From an uncultured Gammaproteobacteria bacterium (lineage in GTDB: Bacteria; Patescibacteriota; Microgenomatia; Levybacterales; UBA12049), in contig OZ246394.1 of NCBI GenBank assembly GCA_965230895.1, forward strand, positions 916,668 to 980,667: 64,000 nucleotides of DNA. Reading direction: 5' to 3'. The notes under the pieces were generated by a model that made no database searches, was not told the DNA's origin, and saw nothing but the letters and a program-made list of their open reading frames with translations. The translations under genes were made by a program, and so were the position numbers. Positions 9,511 through 18,627 of the stretch are shown here, one piece after another; position 1 is the first letter of the stretch, and each line of letters begins with the position of its first letter.

Positions 9511-9628
9511 GCAGAGTAAGATTTGCCCGCTTTGCAAAAGTTTTGAATACAATTTTTATGATGACCCTGCAAACATATTAACCTCTTGTATTTCCAACTC
9601 GCAAACTGGCATCCTATCTTAATTTTCT

Positions 9629-11389
9629 ATGTTAAAACATATACCAAAAGAACCAATTGCATATGGGATCTATCTCACAAAGATGCATAAACGATGGGCC
9701 TTCGTGGCTTTACTTTGTGTGTTTATTGCCACGGCGTTTGATAGATCATCTGTTATTTTTCTCAAAAACTTAACTGATTCAATTACTTTAGGACCAGGAG
9801 CCTTAGACCAGATATGGGTGTGGGCCATTGGCTATCCACTTGTATTGTTGAGTGCACATATCTTTTGGAGGGGTAGTGGTTTTTCCGGAATGCGGTGGTT
9901 CATGAATTTTAGAGCTTCATCATATGAGTCTCTTTATAACTATCTTTCGCTTCACAGTAAAGATTTTTTCAGTAGTAGATTTGCTGGAGCATTGACGAAC
10001 AAAATCAATAATGCGACTGACGGTTCTGAAAGTATTTTCGAAAAAGCGCTATGGCAATTCATCCCTTTAGTAATTGGACTTGTTTGGTATGTAGTTTTTG
10101 CATGGACGCAGAATTATATTCTAGGAGTTATTATTGGCTGTTGGTCAGTACTTTTTATTGGAATAAATATATGGTTCGCAAAAAAGCTCCAACCACGATC
10201 GTATAAGTCTGCTGAGACCTTATCGAATTTGAAAGGGCGTATTGTTGATTCGCTTTCAAATATTTCTTTAGTACATGAATATGCCAATGTTACTGGAGAA
10301 AGAAATTACATACAAGGATATATTCACTCACATAAAAATGCTGGACTAAAACATTGGACGATGAGTGAATTGATACTTACTTTTAACGGAATCTTCATAA
10401 CTTTATTTGTACTTTTAATGACATGCACATCAGTATACTTATTTCAGAGTGGAGCGATCAGTATTGGGACAGTTGTGATGATCATCGCCATTGTTAGTAA
10501 TCTTTATGGGCAATTACTTTTTATTGGACAGGAACTTCGTGATGCAGCAACGTATTATGGAGAAGCAAAAGAAGGTTTATCAGAGATATTAAAAGACCAT
10601 GCAATTGTCGATGCACCTCATGCAAAAACAGTGGACATAAAAAAAGGAGCAATCACTATTGATGGCATAGATTTCCAATATGAAGAAAAGAAAATATTTA
10701 ACAACTTTTCTCTTAAAATTCCTGCCGGACAGAAAGTTGGACTTGTTGGAAGGAGTGGAGCTGGAAAAACAACGTTTGTATCATTATTGCTTCGCCATTT
10801 TGAGTTGAATGATGGAACTATAACAATTGATAATCATGATATATCGCAGATTACACTGAACAGTCTGAGAAACGCAATTGCATTTGTGCCACAAGATACA
10901 AGCCTTTTTCATCGTACTATTAAAGATAATATCCGATACAGCAATGAGAACGCTTCAGATGAAGCAGTCAGGAAAGCCGCAGAACAAAGTCAATCGAGTG
11001 AATTTATTGAAAGTTTGCCAAAAAGATATGACACGCTCGTTGGTGAGCGGGGTGTAAAACTTTCTGGAGGGCAACGACAAAGAATTGCTATTGCCCGAGC
11101 ATTCTTAAAAGATGCACCGATTGTTATTTTCGATGAGGCAACGAGTAGCCTAGATAGTCAAAGTGAGCATGCTATCCAAGAATCTATTGAAAACTTAATG
11201 GCAAATAGAACTGTTATCGCTATTGCACATAGACTTTCGACGTTGAAGAAAATGGATAGAATTGTCGTTATAGAGAATGGAAAGATTGTCGAAGATGGTG
11301 TACCTGATGAATTACTCAAGAAGAAAAAAGGAGTATTTAAAAATCTTTGGGACCATCAAATTAATGGATTTATCATGGACGAGCAATAA
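9629..11389 (+). CDS. ABC transporter, fused permease plus ATPase (MsbA/exporter type)
   Basis: Six-TM N-terminal domain. Walker A GRSGAGKTT, signature LSGGQRQR, Walker B IVIFDEATS, H-loop AHRL. Confidence 0.85.
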   Translation: MLKHIPKEPIAYGIYLTKMHKRWAFVALLCVFIATAFDRSSVIFLKNLTDSITLGPGALDQIWVWAIGYPLVLLSAHIFWRGSGFSGMRWFMNFRASSYESLYNYLSLHSKDFFSSRFAGALTNKINNATDGSESIFEKALWQFIPLVIGLVWYVVFAWTQNYILGVIIGCWSVLFIGINIWFAKKLQPRSYKSAETLSNLKGRIVDSLSNISLVHEYANVTGERNYIQGYIHSHKNAGLKHWTMSELILTFNGIFITLFVLLMTCTSVYLFQSGAISIGTVVMIIAIVSNLYGQLLFIGQELRDAATYYGEAKEGLSEILKDHAIVDAPHAKTVDIKKGAITIDGIDFQYEEKKIFNNFSLKIPAGQKVGLVGRSGAGKTTFVSLLLRHFELNDGTITIDNHDISQITLNSLRNAIAFVPQDTSLFHRTIKDNIRYSNENASDEAVRKAAEQSQSSEFIESLPKRYDTLVGERGVKLSGGQRQRIAIARAFLKDAPIVIFDEATSSLDSQSEHAIQESIENLMANRTVIAIAHRLSTLKKMDRIVVIENGKIVEDGVPDELLKKKKGVFKNLWDHQINGFIMDEQ

Positions 11390-11406
11390 TCTGCTATAAT
11401 AGATGT

Positions 11407-11856
11407 ATGAACAAACAAGAACTTAAAGACGAACTAAAGAAATCGATGCTTGCGAAAGATACTGAAAAGACCGGTGTACTTCGTATGGTTATCTCTGCAT
11501 TAGGATATTATGAAATTGAAAAAGGTGGAGCAGGTTATGAAGCAACTGAAGAAGATGTAATGACTGTTCTACAGAAGCAGGTAAAGCAACGCCGTGACTC
11601 AGTAGAACAATTTAAAGCTGGTGGGCGAGATGATCTTGTAGAAAACGAGATGAAAGAGATTGCCATGCTTGAACCTTATTTACCACAACAAATGGGTGAA
11701 GAAGAGATCGCAAAACTCGTTGATGAAGCAATCTCATCAACAGGCGCATCTTCAGCACAAGATATGGGAAAAGTAATGGGAGCACTTATACCAAAAACAA
11801 AAGGTAAAGCCGATGGAGCAATTGTCAGCAGAATTGTACGAGAAAAACTTCAATAA
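11407..11856 (+). CDS. yqeY: GatB/YqeY-domain protein
   Basis: 149 aa with the LKDELKKSMLAKDTEKTGVLRMVISAL pattern typical of YqeY. Confidence 0.65.
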   Translation: MNKQELKDELKKSMLAKDTEKTGVLRMVISALGYYEIEKGGAGYEATEEDVMTVLQKQVKQRRDSVEQFKAGGRDDLVENEMKEIAMLEPYLPQQMGEEEIAKLVDEAISSTGASSAQDMGKVMGALIPKTKGKADGAIVSRIVREKLQ

Positions 11857-12272
11857 GACTCTCCATAAGAAATCGCTTTCAATATAGATTCTTTATAAAA
11901 ATCAGGAATATTGAGCATATCTAACTCATTTACTGAGAATTGTTTAAACTCCGCTTTACCTCCTTCGCCCTCTAATTCGAACTCTCCGACCTTCCTCACA
12001 GCTTCACATAAATATGTCACAATCAAAACTCCATGAGATTCATCAATTGATTGTTTGACTGTGTACATATGCGCTTGCAACAGATCACGAACTCGAACTT
12101 CAAACCCTAATTCTTCCTCCATTTCACGAATTACTGTCTGCTCTGGTTGCTCACCTTTTTCCAATTTACCTCCTGGAAGTTCCCATTCTTCACGTTCATT
12201 TTTGCGCAACCAAACTTTGCTATTTTCTATAACTAATCCTTTTACAGAGACAGGTATCATATATGTATTCAT
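11850..12272 (-). CDS. NUDIX hydrolase
   Basis: NUDIX box GGKLEKGEQPEQTVIREMEEELG. Confidence 0.7.
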   Translation of the reverse strand: MNTYMIPVSVKGLVIENSKVWLRKNEREEWELPGGKLEKGEQPEQTVIREMEEELGFEVRVRDLLQAHMYTVKQSIDESHGVLIVTYLCEAVRKVGEFELEGEGGKAEFKQFSVNELDMLNIPDFYKESILKAISYGESY

Positions 12273-12736
12273 ACTAAAGCTCCAATTTTTTTTAATTCTT
12301 TCTCTAAATCTTTTGCATTAGTAAATAAAATCCCATGCATTCCTAATGCATTCGCTGCATCAATGTTTACTTGTAGATCATCTACATAAAACGTCTCATG
12401 TGGCGCGGCTTCAACCTTTTCGAGCGCTAGTAAGTATATTTCGGGATCAGGCTTTCGTTTATTAACTTGATACGAGAATATTAATTCATCAAACTCATCA
12501 TATATCCCTTTTTGTGTTAAATAGAGCGCATGCTCTGCTACTGTATTGGAAAGAACAGCAAGAGGCATCTGAATGTTTTTCAATTGCTTCACTATTTCCA
12601 TAACATCGTCATGAATATAATGATTACGGAATTCCTCTTCGGTGAGAGATTCGTGATCAATAAGAAAATCTTCGGGAGAGAATAGTGTACTTTTATGAAG
12701 CACACCTCCAACATCAAAAATGCCTGCCGTTATCAT
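12269..12736 (-). CDS. HAD-superfamily hydrolase (phosphatase-like)
   Basis: N-terminal DxG motif FDVGGVL and a C-terminal DD motif (FYVDDL). Its start overlaps the upstream gene's stop by 4 nt (translational coupling). Confidence 0.55.
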   Translation of the reverse strand: MITAGIFDVGGVLHKSTLFSPEDFLIDHESLTEEEFRNHYIHDDVMEIVKQLKNIQMPLAVLSNTVAEHALYLTQKGIYDEFDELIFSYQVNKRKPDPEIYLLALEKVEAAPHETFYVDDLQVNIDAANALGMHGILFTNAKDLEKELKKIGALV

Positions 12737-13170
12737 AAACCAAATAAATTCTTTACCTTTTGTACAAATGATGAACTTTGAGCGGCAGGCTGTGTAGGCT
12801 GAACAACCTGGACACTAACATTGTCTCCACCTTGAGCCTGAATCTGCGCAGCTTGCTCTGGTGTCAACTGTAATTGATTAGGATCAATTTGTACCGTTTG
12901 AGTATTTTGTCCTTGTTGGGAAAGGGCTTGCTGGACAACTCCGCTGGAAAATAGGTCACGAATTTTTGTATTCATAAGATTATTATTGCCTGCCATTCCC
13001 AATAGCTGCTGGAACTTTTCAGGGCTAATATGCATTGCCTGCATAACCATGCCTTGCGCTTGCGGATTACTTTTGAGAACTTCACCCAATGTTTGATCAA
13101 GGATACCTTGATGCTGTTGAGCCATTTGTAGAGGAAGTGTATGATTACTGTCTGTTGTTTGATCAGCCAT
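12733..13170 (-). CDS. Hypothetical Gln-rich low-complexity protein
   Basis: 145-aa ORF coupled by a 4-nt overlap to the downstream HAD gene. No alternative ORF fills this space. Confidence 0.35.
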   Translation of the reverse strand: MADQTTDSNHTLPLQMAQQHQGILDQTLGEVLKSNPQAQGMVMQAMHISPEKFQQLLGMAGNNNLMNTKIRDLFSSGVVQQALSQQGQNTQTVQIDPNQLQLTPEQAAQIQAQGGDNVSVQVVQPTQPAAQSSSFVQKVKNLFGL

Positions 13171-13190
13171 GCATTTAGTATAACAGATTA

Positions 13191-14102
13191 CTATTTTCTA
13201 CGATTTTTCTTCTTCTCTGCCCATTCCTGCCAGACAACAAGCAATGGAGCTGCGTTAAAGATTGAAGAATATGTACCTGCTGCCATACCGATAAGCATAG
13301 CTACGATAAACCATCGGATTGTTTCTCCTCCAAAAATAAGGAGTGTTACAAGAACAAGCATTGTTGTCAGTGAAGTGTTTAATGAACGCACAAGAGTCTG
13401 GAGAATAGAATCATTCGCTACTTGTGCAAATGGTGCTTCAATATTTCGTCGAAGATTTTCTCGAATACGATCAAATACTACAATGGTGTCATGAACTGAA
13501 AATCCGAGCACAGTTAATAGGGCCGTGACAAACAAACTATCAACTTCTACGTTGAAGAAGTGGCCCAGAAGTGAGAAGATACCGATCACAACTAAAGCAT
13601 CATGCAACATCGCGATAATCGCACAAACACCAAATCTCCATGAACTTACTGGCTTGCGAACTCCACGGAAAGACCATGCAATATAAAGGATGATAAGTAA
13701 TGATGAAATTCCGATTGAACTGAGAGCGTTAATCGCAGTTTCTTGACCGATAACAGGACCAATTGTCTCAAATTGCTCTTGCGTTACTTTACCGGTTTTA
13801 TTCTGCAGTTCTTTGAGAAGTGCTACGTCTTGTTTATCGTTAATTGGTTTTGTACGAATGATTACTTGTTCGTCTGATGGTTGCACAGTAACTATTTCAA
13901 TCTTTTGGGATTCGAAGACATCACGGATCTCTTCAACTTTTTGCTCATTTACGGTTTGCGGATATTGAAGAACGATACGTGAACCACCTGTAAAATCAAT
14001 TGAGAGCTTCAATCCCCACAAGAAAAGAGATACTACTCCTGGAATAATAATCAGAAGTGAGAGTGCAAAATACCAATTTCTTTTTCCAATAATATTTAAC
14101 AT
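13191..14102 (-). CDS. secF: Protein translocase subunit SecF
   Basis: Six-TM SecD/F-family C-terminal domain. It lies immediately downstream of secD. Confidence 0.85.
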   Translation of the reverse strand: MLNIIGKRNWYFALSLLIIIPGVVSLFLWGLKLSIDFTGGSRIVLQYPQTVNEQKVEEIRDVFESQKIEIVTVQPSDEQVIIRTKPINDKQDVALLKELQNKTGKVTQEQFETIGPVIGQETAINALSSIGISSLLIILYIAWSFRGVRKPVSSWRFGVCAIIAMLHDALVVIGIFSLLGHFFNVEVDSLFVTALLTVLGFSVHDTIVVFDRIRENLRRNIEAPFAQVANDSILQTLVRSLNTSLTTMLVLVTLLIFGGETIRWFIVAMLIGMAAGTYSSIFNAAPLLVVWQEWAEKKKNRRK

Positions 14103-14105
14103 AGG

Positions 14106-15497
14106 TTAGTCTTTTTTATAGAAAATTTGTAACAGTGTACGTGTGACAAAAATTGCTGAGAACAATGAAACAATGATACCAAGTGCAAGGGTAAAAGCAA
14201 ACCCACGAACCACACCTGTTCCAAAGTAGAACAGTACAGAACTCGTAATCAAACTTGCCATGTTAGAGTCTCGAATCGAAAGCCATGCTCGCTCAAATCC
14301 CATTTCAATTGCTGCTTTGTTGGATCGACCGCGACGCTGTTCTTCTTTCATTCTTTCAAAGATAAGAATGTTTGCATCAACCGCAATACCAACAGAAAGG
14401 ATAAATCCAGCAATACCTGCAAGTGTTAATGTAACTGGGATTAATCTAAACAATGCAAGCAAGATGAGTGAATAAACTGCGAGAGCAATTGAAGCAATAA
14501 AACCAAGACGTCCATAAAGAACTGTCATAAAGATGACCACTACAACGAAGCCAATTAATCCGGCAACAAGACTTTTCTGGACTGATTCTTGACCCAATGT
14601 CGCTCCAATTGCTTGTTGCTGGAGAACATTAAGAGAAACAGGGAGCGCACCAGCATTTAATTGAATTTGTAAATTGTTCGCAGTCTGCGTATTAAATTCG
14701 CCAGTGATTACGGCACTACCACCAAAGATCGGTTCATTAACCCGTGGTGCTTCAATAAGTTGATCATCAAGAGCGATTGCGATAATTTTCCCGACATTTC
14801 GTTCTGTAATATCACCAAATTTTTTCGCTCCATCTGTTGTAAATTGGAGTTCTACCTGGGGTTTCCCTGTATTTGGATCAAAAACGACTGATGCTTTCTT
14901 AAGATCTTTTCCATCAAGTTCTGTTTGCTTAGCTGTTGGTCCAAGAAGTTGAGGAATACCAAGTGGTTTTCCTTGAGCTGCTAAAGCAGCCGCCTCACTT
15001 GCTGTTTCCGCTGACCCTGTTGCAAGAGGTTCTCCTTCTTCCCAAAATGTTAATTTCGCTGTTTGTCCAACCAATTGGACAGCCTGATTAACATCTGTAA
15101 CTCCTGGAATTTCGACTAAGATACGGTATTCATTTCCTGCCTTAGAAGTTTGCACTAAGGGTTCAGAAACTCCAAGGAAGTTGATACGTTTTTCAATGAC
15201 TTCCTTCGCTGAATTTAAGGCATTATCGCGCTCTGCTGTCGGAACATCTTTCATATCCGCACGCAAAGTAATACTTGTTCCTCCTTGCAAATCTAAACCA
15301 CGCTTGAATGAAAGATCCCGTCCAATATTTTGTAACAAAGCAATTCCGTGATAATCATATTTAACTGGGTAAGATTGGCCGGTAAATGGATTTGGGATTG
15401 AGAAATCGACTTTAAGAGGAGTAGCAAGATTAATAACAATACTGACGATTGTTACAAAGAGGATTAAAAAGAATGCCATGCGTGGGCTCTTAATCAT
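14106..15497 (-). CDS. secD: Protein translocase subunit SecD
   Basis: N-terminal TM, large periplasmic P1 domain, C-terminal six-TM SecDF domain (GLIGFVVVVIFM...GIAVDANILIFERMKEE). Confidence 0.85.
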   Translation of the reverse strand: MIKSPRMAFFLILFVTIVSIVINLATPLKVDFSIPNPFTGQSYPVKYDYHGIALLQNIGRDLSFKRGLDLQGGTSITLRADMKDVPTAERDNALNSAKEVIEKRINFLGVSEPLVQTSKAGNEYRILVEIPGVTDVNQAVQLVGQTAKLTFWEEGEPLATGSAETASEAAALAAQGKPLGIPQLLGPTAKQTELDGKDLKKASVVFDPNTGKPQVELQFTTDGAKKFGDITERNVGKIIAIALDDQLIEAPRVNEPIFGGSAVITGEFNTQTANNLQIQLNAGALPVSLNVLQQQAIGATLGQESVQKSLVAGLIGFVVVVIFMTVLYGRLGFIASIALAVYSLILLALFRLIPVTLTLAGIAGFILSVGIAVDANILIFERMKEEQRRGRSNKAAIEMGFERAWLSIRDSNMASLITSSVLFYFGTGVVRGFAFTLALGIIVSLFSAIFVTRTLLQIFYKKD

Positions 15498-16069
15498 GTC
15501 AATAGTCCTTCCTCGTCTCCAATAATCATAACTCGTGAACTGGAGAGAATACCAACAATAAAAGGATCATTTCTTTGCTTTCGGAACTTAAACTCCTCTT
15601 CGGTCATCGCAGTGTAATTAATTTCAGTCCCAAGTCGCATTTCTTCATTTCGGACAAGGATTGCGAGTTCAGGGAGAACAACAGTGCCTACCACAATCAA
15701 ATCAACTTCTTCAGGATTTTCCTTTACTCTTCTGACAAACTTCCCAGAGAACATAGCAAACTTTATCTTTCCTAACTTTGGACGATTCTCAAGTATTTGT
15801 TGTCCTAACCCAATCGTTTTTGCACCGATCTTTAACAGGTCAAAATAGAAAGGATATTCTTTATTCAAAGAATAGTAAACTCTGTTTGCGCGCTGCTCTT
15901 TTTGGAGTACACCTTTTTTTTCGAGAGAGAGAAGTTCACGTCGTACGGCGTTAATTTCTTCTTCTGTTCGACGGACGCATTCCCGAACGTGGTACATATC
16001 ATTAGGTTGTGTGAGGAAGAGATTGAGCAGTTTTATTCGGGTTTTTGATGTAATTAAATCTGAGAACAT
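15494..16069 (-). CDS. Winged-helix DNA-binding domain fused to a minimal nucleotidyltransferase (Pol-beta-like) domain
   Basis: N-terminal wHTH-like segment IKLLNLF...VRRELLSLEKKGVL. C-terminal G[S]x9-13-D-h-D pattern FSGKFVRRVKENPEEVDLIVVG. Confidence 0.4.
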   Translation of the reverse strand: MFSDLITSKTRIKLLNLFLTQPNDMYHVRECVRRTEEEINAVRRELLSLEKKGVLQKEQRANRVYYSLNKEYPFYFDLLKIGAKTIGLGQQILENRPKLGKIKFAMFSGKFVRRVKENPEEVDLIVVGTVVLPELAILVRNEEMRLGTEINYTAMTEEEFKFRKQRNDPFIVGILSSSRVMIIGDEEGLLT

Positions 16070-16171
16070 ACTTTTGAGAGCCTTTGGAGATTATAGCAAA
16101 GATGTGTTCATTTTGACTAGATTGAGTTTTACTATAGATCTTTTTTTAAGTGAGATTTATAATTTTGAGGA

Positions 16172-17326
16172 TTATTTAACGTTAACATCAGCACCAATTG
16201 CTTGAACTTCAAACCAGATCTTACCAGGATTAAACTTAATTTCTTGCCCACTGCTATCTGTCAAACTAAGATGCGCCTGTCTATCAGCTTTTTCCCAAGT
16301 TGCTTCAATCTCTTTGCCGCCCACAAAGACAAGCGCGTCACCTGAACCCTTTGTGCCATAAAGCATATGTGCATTATTTTCGTACCCATCATTTGCATGA
16401 CTTTCCTTCATGAAGAGTACAACAACATTTGTGGTACTAAGCTGCTTCTTTGTATTACGATCCATGTGTGGATCTCCACCATTCTTTCGAAGATATACAT
16501 TAGTCTTTGGATCATACGTCCATGTTACTGAATAATCTGGATAATCCCATGGAATATCAATAACTTGCGCTTTTGTTCCCACTACTGGCTTAGAATTAAA
16601 TGAGTATGAAGTAAATGATTCATTCCATTCCTTTCCATCTTTATCAACATTTGTCAGACCTCGTTCTTTTCCAACGTCCCAAAGCTTTGTTGTTACAGAA
16701 TACATAGTATGCTCTGTTGCAACCTCTCGACCTAATCTACTTTCATCACGTTTGAACGTAGGGAACCCAATTGAGAACTGGCTTAAATCATTATAAGAAC
16801 CCCATCCGTAATCATTAATTTGTCCAAGAGCATTTGCTGGTCCAGGAGTATTTGCGCCACCTACGTGAGCATAGAGAGGATATTCACCATACTCAGAAAC
16901 AAAATCAAGGAAATAAGTACGAGCTGAACGAACTGGTCCAACAATACCTGCATCCTGACAATAATAGATATTAAGAGTACGAGTAATTCCACCTTCAGCA
17001 ATAACTTCATATGTTATATCTGCTGCTTCTATACCTGATTGTGGGCGAGCATCAAGATGATTCTCAATCATCACTCCAAGTGGTCCGTGGCTTTCCCACC
17101 ATGCACGTTGGTCCTTAGGATAAAGAACACCAGTTAAAGGACATGCTTCAGTTTTCTCGCCTTCAAAAGTAAGGGCTTCATAAGCATTCGTTACTTTTCC
17201 ACCATCTGCTTTTGGAGAATCATTCCCTGCCAATTTTGTTAACGAAGGTTGTTGGGAAAAAATTGCATATGATGCACCTGCGGTAATAAGGTAAACTACA
17301 AATCCTAGTAAAAATATTTTTTTCAT
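16172..17326 (-). CDS. Secreted protein with signal peptide; DUF3048 (YerB-like) family suspected
   Basis: Signal peptide MKKIFLLGFVVYLITAGASYA. Internal RPQSGIEAADITYEVIAEGGITR resembles DUF3048 signatures as I recall them. Confidence 0.45.
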   Translation of the reverse strand: MKKIFLLGFVVYLITAGASYAIFSQQPSLTKLAGNDSPKADGGKVTNAYEALTFEGEKTEACPLTGVLYPKDQRAWWESHGPLGVMIENHLDARPQSGIEAADITYEVIAEGGITRTLNIYYCQDAGIVGPVRSARTYFLDFVSEYGEYPLYAHVGGANTPGPANALGQINDYGWGSYNDLSQFSIGFPTFKRDESRLGREVATEHTMYSVTTKLWDVGKERGLTNVDKDGKEWNESFTSYSFNSKPVVGTKAQVIDIPWDYPDYSVTWTYDPKTNVYLRKNGGDPHMDRNTKKQLSTTNVVVLFMKESHANDGYENNAHMLYGTKGSGDALVFVGGKEIEATWEKADRQAHLSLTDSSGQEIKFNPGKIWFEVQAIGADVNVK

Positions 17327-17343
17327 ATCGGCAGTATTTTGTC

Positions 17344-17811
17344 TCACTTGTTTGAACTTTCAGCCATTTTAATAGCTTTCTTTTCTTCTTCAGAGAGCTC
17401 TAATTCTACTCCTTTTCCTCGGGAAACTTTTTTGGTATACCATCGAGTTCCTGTTCGAGAATAAAGTGCTGTAATGACGATTCCAGTATCATGAGCATCT
17501 ACTAAAGCCAAAATAAAACTTTGATCTCCGCCTGTATCTTTAAACGGATTAAAGCGAAGAAGACCGATCTTTTGGATATGATACCTTCCGTCTTTTTCTA
17601 TTCTATCACAATGAGCAATTAGTTTGGCAATATCTTTTTTATTCTCATGAATATCTGTTACAACGCTACTGAGAATATCGTCAAGATTTTTTTTACTACC
17701 TCCTTGCGATAAATTAACATAATTTGAACGTAATTTTCGGAAAGAAAGGGTTAGAAAAATAAGCCAAATAATAACGATTATAAGACCGACAATTGTAAGC
17801 TGAACTACCAT
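17344..17811 (-). CDS. Small membrane-anchored protein (single N-terminal TM plus cytoplasmic domain)
   Basis: 155 aa, TM IVGLIIVIIWLIFLTL. The start overlaps the stop of the downstream gene. Confidence 0.4.
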   Translation of the reverse strand: MVVQLTIVGLIIVIIWLIFLTLSFRKLRSNYVNLSQGGSKKNLDDILSSVVTDIHENKKDIAKLIAHCDRIEKDGRYHIQKIGLLRFNPFKDTGGDQSFILALVDAHDTGIVITALYSRTGTRWYTKKVSRGKGVELELSEEEKKAIKMAESSNK

Positions 17812-17868
17812 ATGCCAATATTAGCCTCTTGACATAGGTTTAGTCAATAGTGTAACCTAGGCTCATTC

Positions 17869-18198
17869 ATGCCTAAAAAGAAACGTACACGTCAACAAAA
17901 GATACAGACAGATGTTAAGCGTCAGTCCCCTTCTCCAAGAACTCACGTAACATCATCAGCAGCAGTTACACGTGAAGTAAAAGAATCTCGTAATGAAGCT
18001 TCTGAAGCATTAGGCACATTCTCCCTTCCTCAGAAATATTTACAACAAGCAGCTACGGCTACGCACGTCCCACCAAAAGCTGTTGCAATAACAACATCTG
18101 AATATGGGTACCTTCGTGGAGATCTTCTCAAAACGACATTACTTACATTTGGTATTATCGCACTTGAATTGGTTATACACTTTTTCGTAATGAATTAG
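17869..18198 (+). CDS. Small protein with basic N-terminus and C-terminal TM helix
   Basis: 109-aa ORF with a Lys/Arg-rich start and C-terminal LLTFGIIALELVIHFFV. Confidence 0.35.
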   Translation: MPKKKRTRQQKIQTDVKRQSPSPRTHVTSSAAVTREVKESRNEASEALGTFSLPQKYLQQAATATHVPPKAVAITTSEYGYLRGDLLKTTLLTFGIIALELVIHFFVMN

Positions 18199-18324
18199 TG
18201 ATGAGTATTATCACCATTGTATGCAATGGCCGTTACTTATGAAACATACGATATTATTCGCAATTGCACCCCATACTCTGTTATGCAGTTCTATGAGGTA
18301 TATGAAGGGAGGTGAATGATAACT

Positions 18325-18468
18325 ATGGCATCAATGTATTGTGTTAAATGTCGCGCAAAGAAAGAAGTCGACAATCCAGAAAAGGTTACTATGAAGAATG
18401 GTAAACCAGCTTTGAAGGCAAAGTGCCCAACTTGTGGTACAGGTATGTACAAAATTGGCGCAAACTAG
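18325..18468 (+). CDS. 47-aa zinc-ribbon protein (CxxC-x24-CxxC), missed by the ORF track
   Basis: Manual translation: MASMYCVKCRAKKEVDNPEKVTMKNGKPALKAKCPTCGTGMYKIGAN. A strong SD GGGAGGTGA sits 8-9 nt upstream of the ATG. A canonical intrinsic terminator lies 72 nt downstream. Confidence 0.6.
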   Translation: MASMYCVKCRAKKEVDNPEKVTMKNGKPALKAKCPTCGTGMYKIGAN

Positions 18469-18540
18469 TCTCAAGTACTTTTGTTATCACAATGTGATAG
18501 CAAAGCTTCTCCTTGAAGCTAAAACTTCAAGGAACACAAT

Positions 18541-18570
18541 AAAACCCCGCTTAAGCGGGGTTTTTATTTT
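18541..18570 (+). terminator. Rho-independent terminator (6-8 bp GC stem, 4-nt loop, U-run)
   Basis: aaaaCCCCGCttaaGCGGGGtttttatttt, read directly. It is preceded by a 9-bp hairpin (18510-18533) and a 15-nt palindrome tatcacaAtgtgata (18485-18499). Confidence 0.7.
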
Positions 18571-18627
18571 TCATTTAAACCTACTGCGCCTTGACAGCAA
18601 ATTTGTGGAGATGAAACAATAGATGTA

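Noticed and set aside
9437-9622. 61-aa ORF in the mscL / ABC-transporter divergent intergenic region
   Set aside because: It covers the predicted promoter and inverted-repeat region, has a single CxxC only, no RBS, and very AT-rich codons. It is more likely regulatory DNA than a gene.
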